Shown here piece after piece: positions 38,829 to 48,160 of a stretch of 64,000 nt of DNA. The notes beneath the pieces are model-generated. The model saw only the letters and a list, made by a program, of their open reading frames with translations. It searched no databases and was not told where the DNA came from. The position numbers and the translations under genes were made by a program. This DNA is from a virus. Where the stretch lies: the IMG/VR virus record IMGVR_UViG_3300006990_004842, positions 34,635 through 98,634 of that record, one strand, 5' to 3'. The first letter of the stretch is position 1. Every line of letters starts with the position of its first letter.

Positions 38829-40096
38829 TATGAGCCCGGCTTTCCTGTACCAAAGTTTATTCTGCTAAACTCTAATCTATCTACTAACTTCAAGCCGTTG
38901 CCCATTCTGTCAATTGCTACAAAACCTTCATCGTTTGTTACACGGAACTCATCACCGTCTTGTGCAAACTTTTGCATGCCACTTAGTGCATTTAATTTTT
39001 GCACTATAATAACTTTAGCATGTATAATCTTCAAATACAAATCATATACTGCAACAATTTCTTTAGCATGTTCTTTAATAAATTTAACGCCTGCAATCAT
39101 TTTTTCTGTTTTAGCGTCTTTGGTTTCTTGTCTTTTAACTTTGTCTATTTCTTTTGTCCAGTAACCAATATATTTTTGCACAAAGCCATTAGCAAAAATT
39201 TCAGGTTCGTCAAATGCTCCTGCACGTATTGCATTGTTTACATGTGCTTTTAATTGTGGCAAGAATTGCTCAACTTCATTTTTAGCAGATTCTAACCATG
39301 TAAAAGTGCTCTTGTCAATCTGTTTGAGATAATTGTTAGCATCTGTGATAGCACCTAACACTGTAGCACTTTCGTCGTCAGTCATACTCACTGTACCACT
39401 AACATCATCTATTGTGGCATCTGCTAACCATACATCATTAGAATTACCTAAACTTTTTGCATTAAAGCCAAAATTTGCCTGCATGTCATTGATAGTAGGG
39501 CCACCAGTGTATTCTGTATGCCATACAATACCCATGTCAGTTGATAAAATTTTATTTGCTAATTCACTGTCTTTGGGAATAGCATACATAATTGTGTTTG
39601 GTTTGAATGCAATAAGTTTTTCGCCTTCCCATTCAATTTCTTGGATGTCTTCTTTGCTGTACATAAAGTCACCTTGTACAACTCTGCCATTCCAATTAAG
39701 TTTACCAAGTTTTGCTAATGCTAATTTTAATTTTTTATTTAGGCCCTCACCAGGATGATTGTTATCAATGTCTCTGCCTGTGAAATTCAGTTTTGGTGTT
39801 TTAGCAAACACACCTTTTGTACCCACAAAGAATCTATTACTTTGAGGATCAATGCCAGCAATTACAGCAGGAGCACCATCCCACTTGAGAGTCATGTTAA
39901 ATTTTTGTTTGCTGTTACCTTCTAGCATTTGATGTAAACTGTATAGATAGTCTACTGCTTCTTTGGCACCTGCATAGCCTTTGTTGAAGATGTGATCTTC
40001 AAGATGTTCCATGTGAGTGTTTTGTTCTGCTTCTGCAAGAAAACTTTCACTGAGTATTTGTGTTATTAGTGGTTTTGAAACTTCAACAAATCTCAT
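38828..40096 (-). CDS. Ligase-superfamily (KxDG) nucleotidyltransferase-like protein
   Basis: HMEHLED, LKWDGAP (motif I), QGDFM (III), EGFV (IV), KLVDR (V). AAGGA SD before MRFVEV. Confidence 0.6.
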   Translation of the reverse strand: MRFVEVSKPLITQILSESFLAEAEQNTHMEHLEDHIFNKGYAGAKEAVDYLYSLHQMLEGNSKQKFNMTLKWDGAPAVIAGIDPQSNRFFVGTKGVFAKTPKLNFTGRDIDNNHPGEGLNKKLKLALAKLGKLNWNGRVVQGDFMYSKEDIQEIEWEGEKLIAFKPNTIMYAIPKDSELANKILSTDMGIVWHTEYTGGPTINDMQANFGFNAKSLGNSNDVWLADATIDDVSGTVSMTDDESATVLGAITDANNYLKQIDKSTFTWLESAKNEVEQFLPQLKAHVNNAIRAGAFDEPEIFANGFVQKYIGYWTKEIDKVKRQETKDAKTEKMIAGVKFIKEHAKEIVAVYDLYLKIIHAKVIIVQKLNALSGMQKFAQDGDEFRVTNDEGFVAIDRMGNGLKLVDRLEFSRINFGTGKPGS

Positions 40097-40106
40097 GTTG
40101 ATTTCC

Positions 40107-40928
40107 TTAAATGCCTGGCATTTCTTGTTGTTGAGGGTCGCTAGGATCGGCTTTTTTAAGAGACAAACCGAGGCCGCCTGCAAGAATACTTGCTACTGCT
40201 TGTTTCTGTTGCGGCGATAAGTCTTTTAGATCATTAATTAACTCAGGGTCAACACTTCCTTTCGCTTTGGCAATAGCATCTACAGAATTTTTAGAACCAT
40301 AATAATTACCATGGTAGTCAGTTGCCTTTTGTGCTATTTTCAAAAACACAGAACCTAAGTACTTGTTTAATAATCTTGGATTATCAAAAACCTTTATAGG
40401 GTCAATTTTTGGCACATCTGGATACATGCCTTTTGCAATTTTGTCAATGGTGCCTTCTCTAACACCGTTGTCTTTGAGATATTTTCTTATCTTGCTAAAA
40501 TAATATCCGCCGCCAACTTTAAGATCTTGTGTTTCAACATTGGGATTAAGAACTTCTTGATGAAACCATTGTGTTTTGAGGTTTGCTATTTGTTGATCAA
40601 GATTTGCTGATGCATCTTGTTTATCTGCGTCCGAACCATCTGCAGGAAGTCTAAAATTTTGTGATTTTTGTTTTGTTGCTAACTGAGCTACACTCTTCTT
40701 GAAAGTACTTGTACCTCCATTACCAAACTGTACAGGTTGCCTTGTTTTAACATCTTGTATTACATCATTTGCTGGGTTAGGTAATTTAATACCTTTTTGA
40801 TTAGCAACTTTAAGCCAATCATCTAACAAAGATTTGCCTAAATCTTTTCCAAGTTTTTTACCTTGTGCGGCCGCCCCGCCTTTGAATAAATCTGTAATAA
40901 AATTTTCTGAAACTTCGTTAACTTTCAT
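40107..40928 (-). CDS. Hypothetical protein with leader MKVNEVSE
   Basis: ORF in the late operon. Confidence 0.6.
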   Translation of the reverse strand: MKVNEVSENFITDLFKGGAAAQGKKLGKDLGKSLLDDWLKVANQKGIKLPNPANDVIQDVKTRQPVQFGNGGTSTFKKSVAQLATKQKSQNFRLPADGSDADKQDASANLDQQIANLKTQWFHQEVLNPNVETQDLKVGGGYYFSKIRKYLKDNGVREGTIDKIAKGMYPDVPKIDPIKVFDNPRLLNKYLGSVFLKIAQKATDYHGNYYGSKNSVDAIAKAKGSVDPELINDLKDLSPQQKQAVASILAGGLGLSLKKADPSDPQQQEMPGI

Positions 40929-41184
40929 CGTTATCTCGTTGGCTTTCTTTTATAATTTTTTTAATGCCACGAGAAAATTTCATTGCGTCTCTGCCGCGAA
41001 TGCTGTTAACCAATCTATTTTGCAAATCTTTTGCTACATCTGCATCATAATATCTATCAATTTGTTCTAATAAATTGATTGCACTCTTAATTACATGCTC
41101 GCCACGATTTTCAACCACATGATTTCTATCTCTGTCGACAGAAATTTGGTTTAATTCCTCTAAAATACTTCGTGTTTTACGCAC
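40918..41184 (-). CDS. Hypothetical protein
   Basis: GTG start with GAGG SD. Late box at 41212-41219. Confidence 0.7.
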   Translation of the reverse strand: MRKTRSILEELNQISVDRDRNHVVENRGEHVIKSAINLLEQIDRYYDADVAKDLQNRLVNSIRGRDAMKFSRGIKKIIKESQRDNDES

Positions 41185-41217
41185 TGTAAATTTCCTCTAA
41201 GGTTATGCAAGTATTTA

Positions 41218-42597
41218 TCACTTTTTATTCTTTATAAAGTTCATTAACTCTAGAGATTGCTGTACAGTGTTGTCTGCATTGTCGCTGTCTGCTTTTATAC
41301 TATTGCCTCTTTTCAATTGATCTACTAATCCTGCTGTGGTTACTGTGAGTGCATCTTCTTCATCTTCGTTGAGATCTTCGATTTTCAATGTATCTGGATC
41401 AAACTTCAAGTCTACTTTACTACCAACACCACTACTTGAACGTGTTTTCATAAACTGTATTTGATATCTACCACGTTCTCGCATAGCATTACTTGTAAAA
41501 ATACCCACAACATTATCTGCTGTTTGTATTTTACTAATACCACCTGCAATATGACTGTGATCAAATTCTATTTCTTCTACTGCCGCTCTGTTTAACTGCG
41601 ATGCAGTTACCATTAACAAGTTACGTTCTGCCGCTAAGTTACGCAATTCTTCTGATACAAACTTGTCTTTGATAAATGTATTTTCAGCACTTACCTTGCC
41701 ACTGATAGGCATCATTAAGTCTAAGTAGTCAACCAGCAAACAGTCGACTTTTACACCGCTTTGTATTTCATATTCACGTAAGAATGCACGTATGTCGTTT
41801 GCAGTAATACCACTTGGCATGTACTTAACACGAAACTTACCAGCACTTTTGGATTTCATTTTCACTTTTAAGTGTACGTCATCCATGTTCTTCATGATTT
41901 CTCTAGCGGCATAACCACTAACCATGCTGTCAAGACGCATACTAATAAGTTGTTCACTGAGTTCTAAACTAATGTAAACAACATTAAGTCCTGCTAAACT
42001 CCAATTCACACCAAAGTTTTGCAAGAATAAACTTTTACCTGCGCCGGAGCCTCCTGCGAAAATCGTGATTTCGCCTCTGTTCAGTCCACCGTAAAGTTTT
42101 TGATCTATCGCTTTCCACCCCGTTGACACGGCGCCGCTTTGCTGTTTTATCCATTCCAATCTCTCCTTTGGATTTTCAAAGTATTCTAAGCCCAAGTCTT
42201 TTACTAGGCCTGTTTGTACGGCATCTTTGATTTTGCTTTCAACTGTGCCATAATCCTGTTTTTCTAGCAAGTCTGTGCTTTCAATGATTGCTTTTTCTAA
42301 TGCTTTATGTCTACAAAAAGTTTCAAACTCATCCATAAACCAGTTTTGATGATCTGGCGTTATGTTGGGCACAGGTTCAATTGGAACTTTGCTGATTGCG
42401 TTTAGTTGTTCTAATGTAGGCAGTGAATTATAATGTTCACTATGACTCAACAGCAATTCAATTGCTGGTTTATATTTTGTGTTAAAGTGGTCTGGATGCA
42501 CAATGTTTTGGCATCTTGAAAATAGATCAGGATCACTGATCAAGAACCTTACAAACAGTTCTTGTATTTCTTCGTTATATTCTTTTATATCACTCAT
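41218..42597 (-). CDS. Replicative DNA helicase (gp41/DnaB-like)
   Basis: Walker A GGSGAGKS, SLEL, VDYLD, TASQLNR, KTR. Confidence 0.93.
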   Translation of the reverse strand: MSDIKEYNEEIQELFVRFLISDPDLFSRCQNIVHPDHFNTKYKPAIELLLSHSEHYNSLPTLEQLNAISKVPIEPVPNITPDHQNWFMDEFETFCRHKALEKAIIESTDLLEKQDYGTVESKIKDAVQTGLVKDLGLEYFENPKERLEWIKQQSGAVSTGWKAIDQKLYGGLNRGEITIFAGGSGAGKSLFLQNFGVNWSLAGLNVVYISLELSEQLISMRLDSMVSGYAAREIMKNMDDVHLKVKMKSKSAGKFRVKYMPSGITANDIRAFLREYEIQSGVKVDCLLVDYLDLMMPISGKVSAENTFIKDKFVSEELRNLAAERNLLMVTASQLNRAAVEEIEFDHSHIAGGISKIQTADNVVGIFTSNAMRERGRYQIQFMKTRSSSGVGSKVDLKFDPDTLKIEDLNEDEEDALTVTTAGLVDQLKRGNSIKADSDNADNTVQQSLELMNFIKNKK

Positions 42598-43399
42598 CGG
42601 GTTTGTGTATCCAGTTTAATAAATCAAGTCTTTTCCAAATACAGTCAGCCATATACTTATAGCCCATTCTGTTTGGAGTAATAAAATCGTGATTGTCAAT
42701 TAAGTCATGATCAATCAAGTCTTCTTTGTCGGACAGGAAATCGTCAGTAGTAATTGCATTGGAAATAATATGTCGCTCGGTTATCCAATTGTATGTAGAA
42801 GAAAAACGATGATATAAATCATCCCATGGCAACCTAGACTGATTTGCAGTTATAGTAAGTAATCTCATTTTACGTCTGTTGACCCATTCTTGCATCATAA
42901 TACAAGATTCAAAAAACTTATTGTTTACATACTTTGCAGAGTAATGTTTGTCTGCTTCTCTAAAATATTCCAATGCATCATCTGCAATTTTTTGAATGTG
43001 TGGTGGACAATCTATGTGGTAATCTATATCGTCTATGAAAACTTTATCTTGTATGTAATCATACTGTAACCAAAAATTATAATCTGCATTATGCAATTCA
43101 TTATTACGAGGATGTGACATTTGCCAAATAACAATATGATTTTGAGCATGGTCTTCATTTACAGATTCTAATGATTCTATTACTTTTCTAACAGACCTAG
43201 TATTAGATGCTCCTGCCATTGACATATTATGCACAGAAGAATAATATGCTTCGTAGTGTCGTGACCACGTATGTTTGCTAATAATACTTTCAAGACCAGG
43301 CCCATGAACTTGTTTACCTATGTATTCTCTTTGGACTCCTTGAGATAATGCATCGCCTACTATTGTTAATGTTGTATGATCTTGTTGGGTATACTTCAT
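42590..43399 (-). CDS. Degenerate SGNH-like protein
   Basis: IVGDALSQG (no Ser), NMSMAGASN, TPNRMGY (no His). Confidence 0.4.
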   Translation of the reverse strand: MKYTQQDHTTLTIVGDALSQGVQREYIGKQVHGPGLESIISKHTWSRHYEAYYSSVHNMSMAGASNTRSVRKVIESLESVNEDHAQNHIVIWQMSHPRNNELHNADYNFWLQYDYIQDKVFIDDIDYHIDCPPHIQKIADDALEYFREADKHYSAKYVNNKFFESCIMMQEWVNRRKMRLLTITANQSRLPWDDLYHRFSSTYNWITERHIISNAITTDDFLSDKEDLIDHDLIDNHDFITPNRMGYKYMADCIWKRLDLLNWIHKPDE

Positions 43400-44370
43400 A
43401 ATAATTTACTTTTAACCTGTGCCTTTATTTTGTTTGCTGTAGCATAACTTAGAATACTTTGTAAAGTTCCTAACCGTGTATATTTATTTACTGCATCAGC
43501 GGCATCTTTGCAATCATGATGCCACGGTGGAAAACTTACTTCCCAACCCAAAGCAATAGCCTGATCAATTAATTCTTTACCTGCACTATCTCTGTCAGGA
43601 CACAGTATAACACGTTTGCCTAACTTTTCAATTAAGTGTGCTTGTTCTGGTGTAACACTGTTTCCTAATACACTAACACCATCTATCAGTATAGCATCAA
43701 ATACACCTTCGGTAACAATTACAACATCTCTGTCTGTGTCTGCAAACTTATCTATATTAAACACATAGCCTTTTTGCATATTATGTAGATACTTTGGTGT
43801 CTCCTTGTCTGGTGGATTAATATGTCTAGCAGTCCAACCTACCAATTCATTATTGTAAGTAAATGGAACTACCAATCTCTGCTTGTACAAACTTTCGTTA
43901 ATGTGTAACAATGGATATATGCCCAGTAGTCCTCTTTGTTTTGCATACTGTTTTACAGGATGATTCTCAGGTAAGTGAGATACACTTTCTACTGTTTTAG
44001 GTAATTGTACAGCATCAAATTTTGCCATTGAATAAACATAATCTGTTTCTGTTGTTGCAGATAACTCTTCACTATGTTTTAATAATTCTAATTGTACAGC
44101 ATGTACATCTGCTGAACTTGCACCTAACTTTTCACAGAGATCTTTGTAACGTTTACCCATATGAGGACTCGGTGTCCAGCCAGTAGTATAATTACAATTA
44201 AAACAATGATAACTTATTTTAGTGCCATTTGTGATAATACCACCACGTTTTCTTGTGTCACTGCACATAGGACAATCCATGGTAATCCAACCACTAGGAG
44301 TTTTGTTAGTTTTAATAGGTAAATTACTAACCACTAAGTTGTGTACTGAGTAAACAATCTCATCAATCAT
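43396..44370 (-). CDS. DNA primase (gp61-like)
   Basis: Zn finger CPMC...CFNC, KY, TOPRIM EGVFDA and DRD. Confidence 0.9.
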   Translation of the reverse strand: MIDEIVYSVHNLVVSNLPIKTNKTPSGWITMDCPMCSDTRKRGGIITNGTKISYHCFNCNYTTGWTPSPHMGKRYKDLCEKLGASSADVHAVQLELLKHSEELSATTETDYVYSMAKFDAVQLPKTVESVSHLPENHPVKQYAKQRGLLGIYPLLHINESLYKQRLVVPFTYNNELVGWTARHINPPDKETPKYLHNMQKGYVFNIDKFADTDRDVVIVTEGVFDAILIDGVSVLGNSVTPEQAHLIEKLGKRVILCPDRDSAGKELIDQAIALGWEVSFPPWHHDCKDAADAVNKYTRLGTLQSILSYATANKIKAQVKSKLL

Positions 44371-44376
44371 GTGTTT

Positions 44377-44405
44377 ATTATACACTCTAAATGTCTATAA
44401 GTCAA
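44377..44405 (-). promoter_or_regulatory. Sigma70 promoter (leaderless primase mRNA)
   Basis: TTGACT-N17-TATAAT, 6 nt before the ATG. Confidence 0.7.
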
Positions 44406-45468
44406 GACAATTATAGTTTCTTTTTCTTGCTGATGTTAGCCTAGCCAAAGCTCGTTTATTGGAAAGTAACCTAGGAAATAACTTTTGATATAGTGCTTCT
44501 AAATTTTCTCCTGATAAAAATTTAACTGCCTCAACTGGGTCTGCAGGAAAGTCTGCTTCAAAAGTGTAAAAACCTAATTCACGTAACTTGGCATGTGTAG
44601 TAGTTTCTCCTACAACCATGAAAGGTCTCATTCCTATAATTGGTTTGTAAGTTTTTTCTGTGAGCAAAGGTATGTAGTGATCGTCACGTTGTTCGCCTAA
44701 TGTTTCAGTTACAATACATAAAAAACTTTTTTTCCAAATATCTGAAATACCCAGACTGAATGCATCTGCAGGAATTTGATATTGGTCGTCATCACCAGAC
44801 ATAAGGGAGTTCATGCCATAATTGTTTTCATCAAAATTTCTATAGTGAGGAGGCTTTCCTTCCCAAGTTTCATAATCTTTGGTTTGTACTCCCATAGTAA
44901 ATACACCCTTATCTAAAAGGTTGTTCTGCATGAATTCGTATTGTAATTTAACTCTGTGAGCACTGGGCTTTCTGTTATAACAAAGATAGGTATTTGTAAA
45001 AGTGTCATATGGCTTGATTTCTTCATCTGTGTATTTTTTGAAGAATGTATCACATGCAAGAAACCAATAAGGTATGTACTCGGCATTGAATTCATCACTT
45101 GCTACATTGCCAACTACTTTTACATTATTGGCGCCTAAGCGATCAATGCAATACTCAAATGTGGACCACCAATTATCTAAATGCATTTTATCAAAAAACT
45201 CATAGAACATTATGCATTGTATGTCAGGATTACCATCTAGTAGTTGTTTGACTTGTTGGTATTTAGGTACATTTGATACACCTAATTCTTGCATGTTTCT
45301 ATTGTTGTTTACAGGATCAAATTCCCACATGGTATTAACTTTGATTCCAGAACGTTTACCAAAGTAAGTAGTGTACAATCTATCAGAAAGTTCAATGTCA
45401 AAATTAAATGTTGTAGATTCGGGGTTTGGATAACCGGCACCAAAAAGGTCGTAATGTATGTGTGTCAT
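44395..45468 (-). CDS. Glycosyltransferase-like phage protein, paralog 3
   Basis: CYNRKP..HR, VTET, LTEKTYKP....PF...G......L...GF.T. Confidence 0.5.
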   Translation of the reverse strand: MTHIHYDLFGAGYPNPESTTFNFDIELSDRLYTTYFGKRSGIKVNTMWEFDPVNNNRNMQELGVSNVPKYQQVKQLLDGNPDIQCIMFYEFFDKMHLDNWWSTFEYCIDRLGANNVKVVGNVASDEFNAEYIPYWFLACDTFFKKYTDEEIKPYDTFTNTYLCYNRKPSAHRVKLQYEFMQNNLLDKGVFTMGVQTKDYETWEGKPPHYRNFDENNYGMNSLMSGDDDQYQIPADAFSLGISDIWKKSFLCIVTETLGEQRDDHYIPLLTEKTYKPIIGMRPFMVVGETTTHAKLRELGFYTFEADFPADPVEAVKFLSGENLEALYQKLFPRLLSNKRALARLTSARKRNYNCLDL

Positions 45469-45477
45469 TGTGTGCTA

Positions 45478-46278
45478 TTAATTTCTTAACAACACTTTGT
45501 CAATTGATCCTGATTCCGGCTTACTTAAAATTCTTACCCAATTACAATTAATATTAAAATTCGTGTGGGAAATGGACGATGTATTACTTAGGTCAATGTT
45601 TTTAACATCAAACCAATCGGTACTTGCATCATCATTGTCAGGCACTGCTGTTAAACAACTTGCCTGAATTGTAACTTGTCCTGTGTAAGTGTTTGGATAT
45701 ATTGCCATAGTGTGTTGTGCATTAGCAAAGTTTCTATCTAAATTTCCGTAGAGTGCGTTTGTAACAAAAGTATTAGATGCATCGCCAATCATTGTGTTGC
45801 CTGTTTGTAAAAAAGTATTTTGAGTTTGTGTTGGAATTGGTGTTAGGCCCAGTTGGTCTGCAATTTCTATATCAAACGCAACATTGTTATTTTGATCACT
45901 GTACACAGGCCTGTCTTGTACTTCATCTTCTGACATAGTTATATAAATTTTATATAAGCCTGGGTTGATACCTGCTAAGTCTCCTTCAGATAGTGTTAAT
46001 TTAAGAACACCAATGTCTGAAGTATGTTCTAGTATACGTGATACCAATCTTTTTTTAGTAGTAGGACTAACTATGTATGCTCTTAATGTATGTGCAAAAA
46101 CATTCTGTTTTTTCCTATCTCTGTCACGCACATTTAGAAAAATGTCGTTTGTAACGCCCTTATGGGCAACTATTCGTCTGTTATTCATAGGTCTATTATC
46201 CAAGTTCAGACTGTCTCCGCCGATTACATAATCTATATGCTGTTCATATAGATACAGTCTGTTATTCAAAATACTCAT
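45478..46278 (-). CDS. Putative virion structural protein
   Basis: Start MSILNN lies 5 nt after GATAAATA (46284-46291). Beta-rich. Confidence 0.5.
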   Translation of the reverse strand: MSILNNRLYLYEQHIDYVIGGDSLNLDNRPMNNRRIVAHKGVTNDIFLNVRDRDRKKQNVFAHTLRAYIVSPTTKKRLVSRILEHTSDIGVLKLTLSEGDLAGINPGLYKIYITMSEDEVQDRPVYSDQNNNVAFDIEIADQLGLTPIPTQTQNTFLQTGNTMIGDASNTFVTNALYGNLDRNFANAQHTMAIYPNTYTGQVTIQASCLTAVPDNDDASTDWFDVKNIDLSNTSSISHTNFNINCNWVRILSKPESGSIDKVLLRN

Positions 46279-46283
46279 AACTA

Positions 46284-46313
46284 TATTTATCTGTCTTTCA
46301 AGATTGGTAAATA
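46284..46313. promoter_or_regulatory. Divergent late promoters
   Basis: GATAAATA on minus (46284-46291) and GTAAATA on plus (46307-46313). Confidence 0.55.
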
Positions 46314-46319
46314 TGTTTA

Positions 46320-46685
46320 ATGTCAGAAAACCCATATCAACAATTAGAATTCTTAACAGGAATATCGTACGCTGGTGAAGAATACGTTGGCATAGTAGTG
46401 AACCAAGATAACCAAATCATAACATTTTATGATGTACAATCAATCCCATCCAATGAGGCAAGAAAGGACTTCTTGGAGTATGGAGAACTTTGGTGGTGGG
46501 AAAGCAATAGACAGATACCAATAGATGTATTTTTGCATCATGAGATGAAAACATTTTTACCTGCTATAAAGACTTTTGCTATGAAGGATGTAGAAATATT
46601 GTTTGGTCCTGTAACTAGCCTACAAAAACTAATTAGAAAAAGAATTAAAAGACGTACTGTCCAACTAGTACGTAAAACTGACTAA
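46320..46685 (+). CDS. Hypothetical protein
   Basis: EYVGI...WWWESNRQIPI..F. Isolated plus-strand gene. Confidence 0.7.
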   Translation: MSENPYQQLEFLTGISYAGEEYVGIVVNQDNQIITFYDVQSIPSNEARKDFLEYGELWWWESNRQIPIDVFLHHEMKTFLPAIKTFAMKDVEILFGPVTSLQKLIRKRIKRRTVQLVRKTD

Positions 46686-47257
46686 CCCAACTGCTCAACT
46701 ATTAAATTTAACTGTGCTATAATAGCAATAGCATATCCATAACTGTGACTTTTCTTAAAGAAGTAAGTGTCGTCTTGTGGCTTTACCCAAACATCGGCCT
46801 CAATTTCTTGCCATGTCTTGCCAACTAAATGTCTTTTACCAGGTCGGATCATTGCTAGTATCATTGCTAGTTGATCTACACTTGTAGGAGGATATTGTTT
46901 TACAATATCCCAATGGTTGTTGATGTGAAATAATTGCTCTACAATGTCTTGATGTTCAAACAATTCCCAAATAGGTTCAGCATCTATTAGACTTTGTAAA
47001 TGGCTTTCACTTTTTACATCTTTGTATATGTGATTATTAAGGAAGTCGACCTTGAACCAACCTTGCTCTTCTGCATCTTTATAATCAATGGTGCTGTATC
47101 CTTCTATTGGAAGAAAAGGAATGTTCTGAAAGTACACGCCAGTATTGTGTTTTGTGTATTCACCGTTCTTCAATATACTAGCAGGAGTTGTCTTAACTAA
47201 TTTTAAGAACTCATCTCTGTTAAACATATCGATGTCTACATCAAAATCAATCTTCAT
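46682..47257 (-). CDS. Minimal DNA polymerase III alpha (DnaE)-like catalytic core
   Basis: DVDID, KHNTGVY, GWFKVDFL, IRPG, FKKSHSYGYA in DnaE order. Confidence 0.7.
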   Translation of the reverse strand: MKIDFDVDIDMFNRDEFLKLVKTTPASILKNGEYTKHNTGVYFQNIPFLPIEGYSTIDYKDAEEQGWFKVDFLNNHIYKDVKSESHLQSLIDAEPIWELFEHQDIVEQLFHINNHWDIVKQYPPTSVDQLAMILAMIRPGKRHLVGKTWQEIEADVWVKPQDDTYFFKKSHSYGYAIAIIAQLNLIVEQLG

Positions 47258-47504
47258 CGCTGAACAACATACTCCACTTCATTAATTTTTCTTTTTTCTC
47301 TTTCATTCTATCTGTGATTTGTTCATTGGTGACGAGACCACTCATTTTCATTATCTCAATCATGGTCATAACGTCACCAATTTCGTCTTGGAGATTACGC
47401 AAATACTTTGTTTTGCCTTTAGTACGGATTACTTTACTACAGGCTTGTATTAACTCGCCACATTCTTCCATAGTAATGACTAACATTTCTTCGCGTTTTT
47501 TCAT
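47247..47504 (-). CDS. MazG-like NTP pyrophosphohydrolase
   Basis: EECGELIQ...DEIGDV. Confidence 0.7.
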   Translation of the reverse strand: MKKREEMLVITMEECGELIQACSKVIRTKGKTKYLRNLQDEIGDVMTMIEIMKMSGLVTNEQITDRMKEKKEKLMKWSMLFSDED

Positions 47505-48160
47505 ATCTCTTTTCCTTTGAACTCTTCTGCTAATGGAAATATCTCTGCTATAACATCTGCCACAGCATGAGCAATATCCATATGCTCTTGTTGTGTGCCA
47601 TTAGCACCACGTAATTCAATATAATGAATCCAACTACGCAACGTACCATTAACGTACAAGCGGCTTAGTGTGTTTCCTTCCGGAAGTACTGCTCTTGCCT
47701 GCTCTTTGGCAATACCGTTGCTTACAGCGAAGTTATAAGCGTCTAAGGCGGCATCTATAACAGACTTTTGCATTTCCTGCCATGATAGTTCTAATGCAGG
47801 ATCATCACTAGGAATACTATTTTGCCTATTTTTAGGGTCTTGCATTCTTGCTTCACGTAATTCAAATTCTAAATCTTTTGTTGGGTCAGCATAACGTTGA
47901 CTAAACTCTTGGAAACTAAAACTCCTATGACGTAACAGTTGTCTTGCTATGTCTCTGGTTGTTTCTACTTCCATGCACACTGATACCATTTCAAGTGGTG
48001 ACCAATGTTTGTGTTTCATCAAATACTTCACAAGTTTTTCGCTTGTTTCTTTGTTGTTTTGATTATCTGGATTACTTACTCTGGCACAATAGGCCACTAA
48101 GTCTAATGCTGACTCATTGTAATCTGGTGCTTGTGAGTGACTAATTAATTTTACTTTCAT
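47501..48160 (-). CDS. thyX: Flavin-dependent thymidylate synthase
   Basis: HWSPLE, RHRSFSFQEFSQRY, EQARAVLP. Confidence 0.95.
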   Translation of the reverse strand: MKVKLISHSQAPDYNESALDLVAYCARVSNPDNQNNKETSEKLVKYLMKHKHWSPLEMVSVCMEVETTRDIARQLLRHRSFSFQEFSQRYADPTKDLEFELREARMQDPKNRQNSIPSDDPALELSWQEMQKSVIDAALDAYNFAVSNGIAKEQARAVLPEGNTLSRLYVNGTLRSWIHYIELRGANGTQQEHMDIAHAVADVIAEIFPLAEEFKGKEI

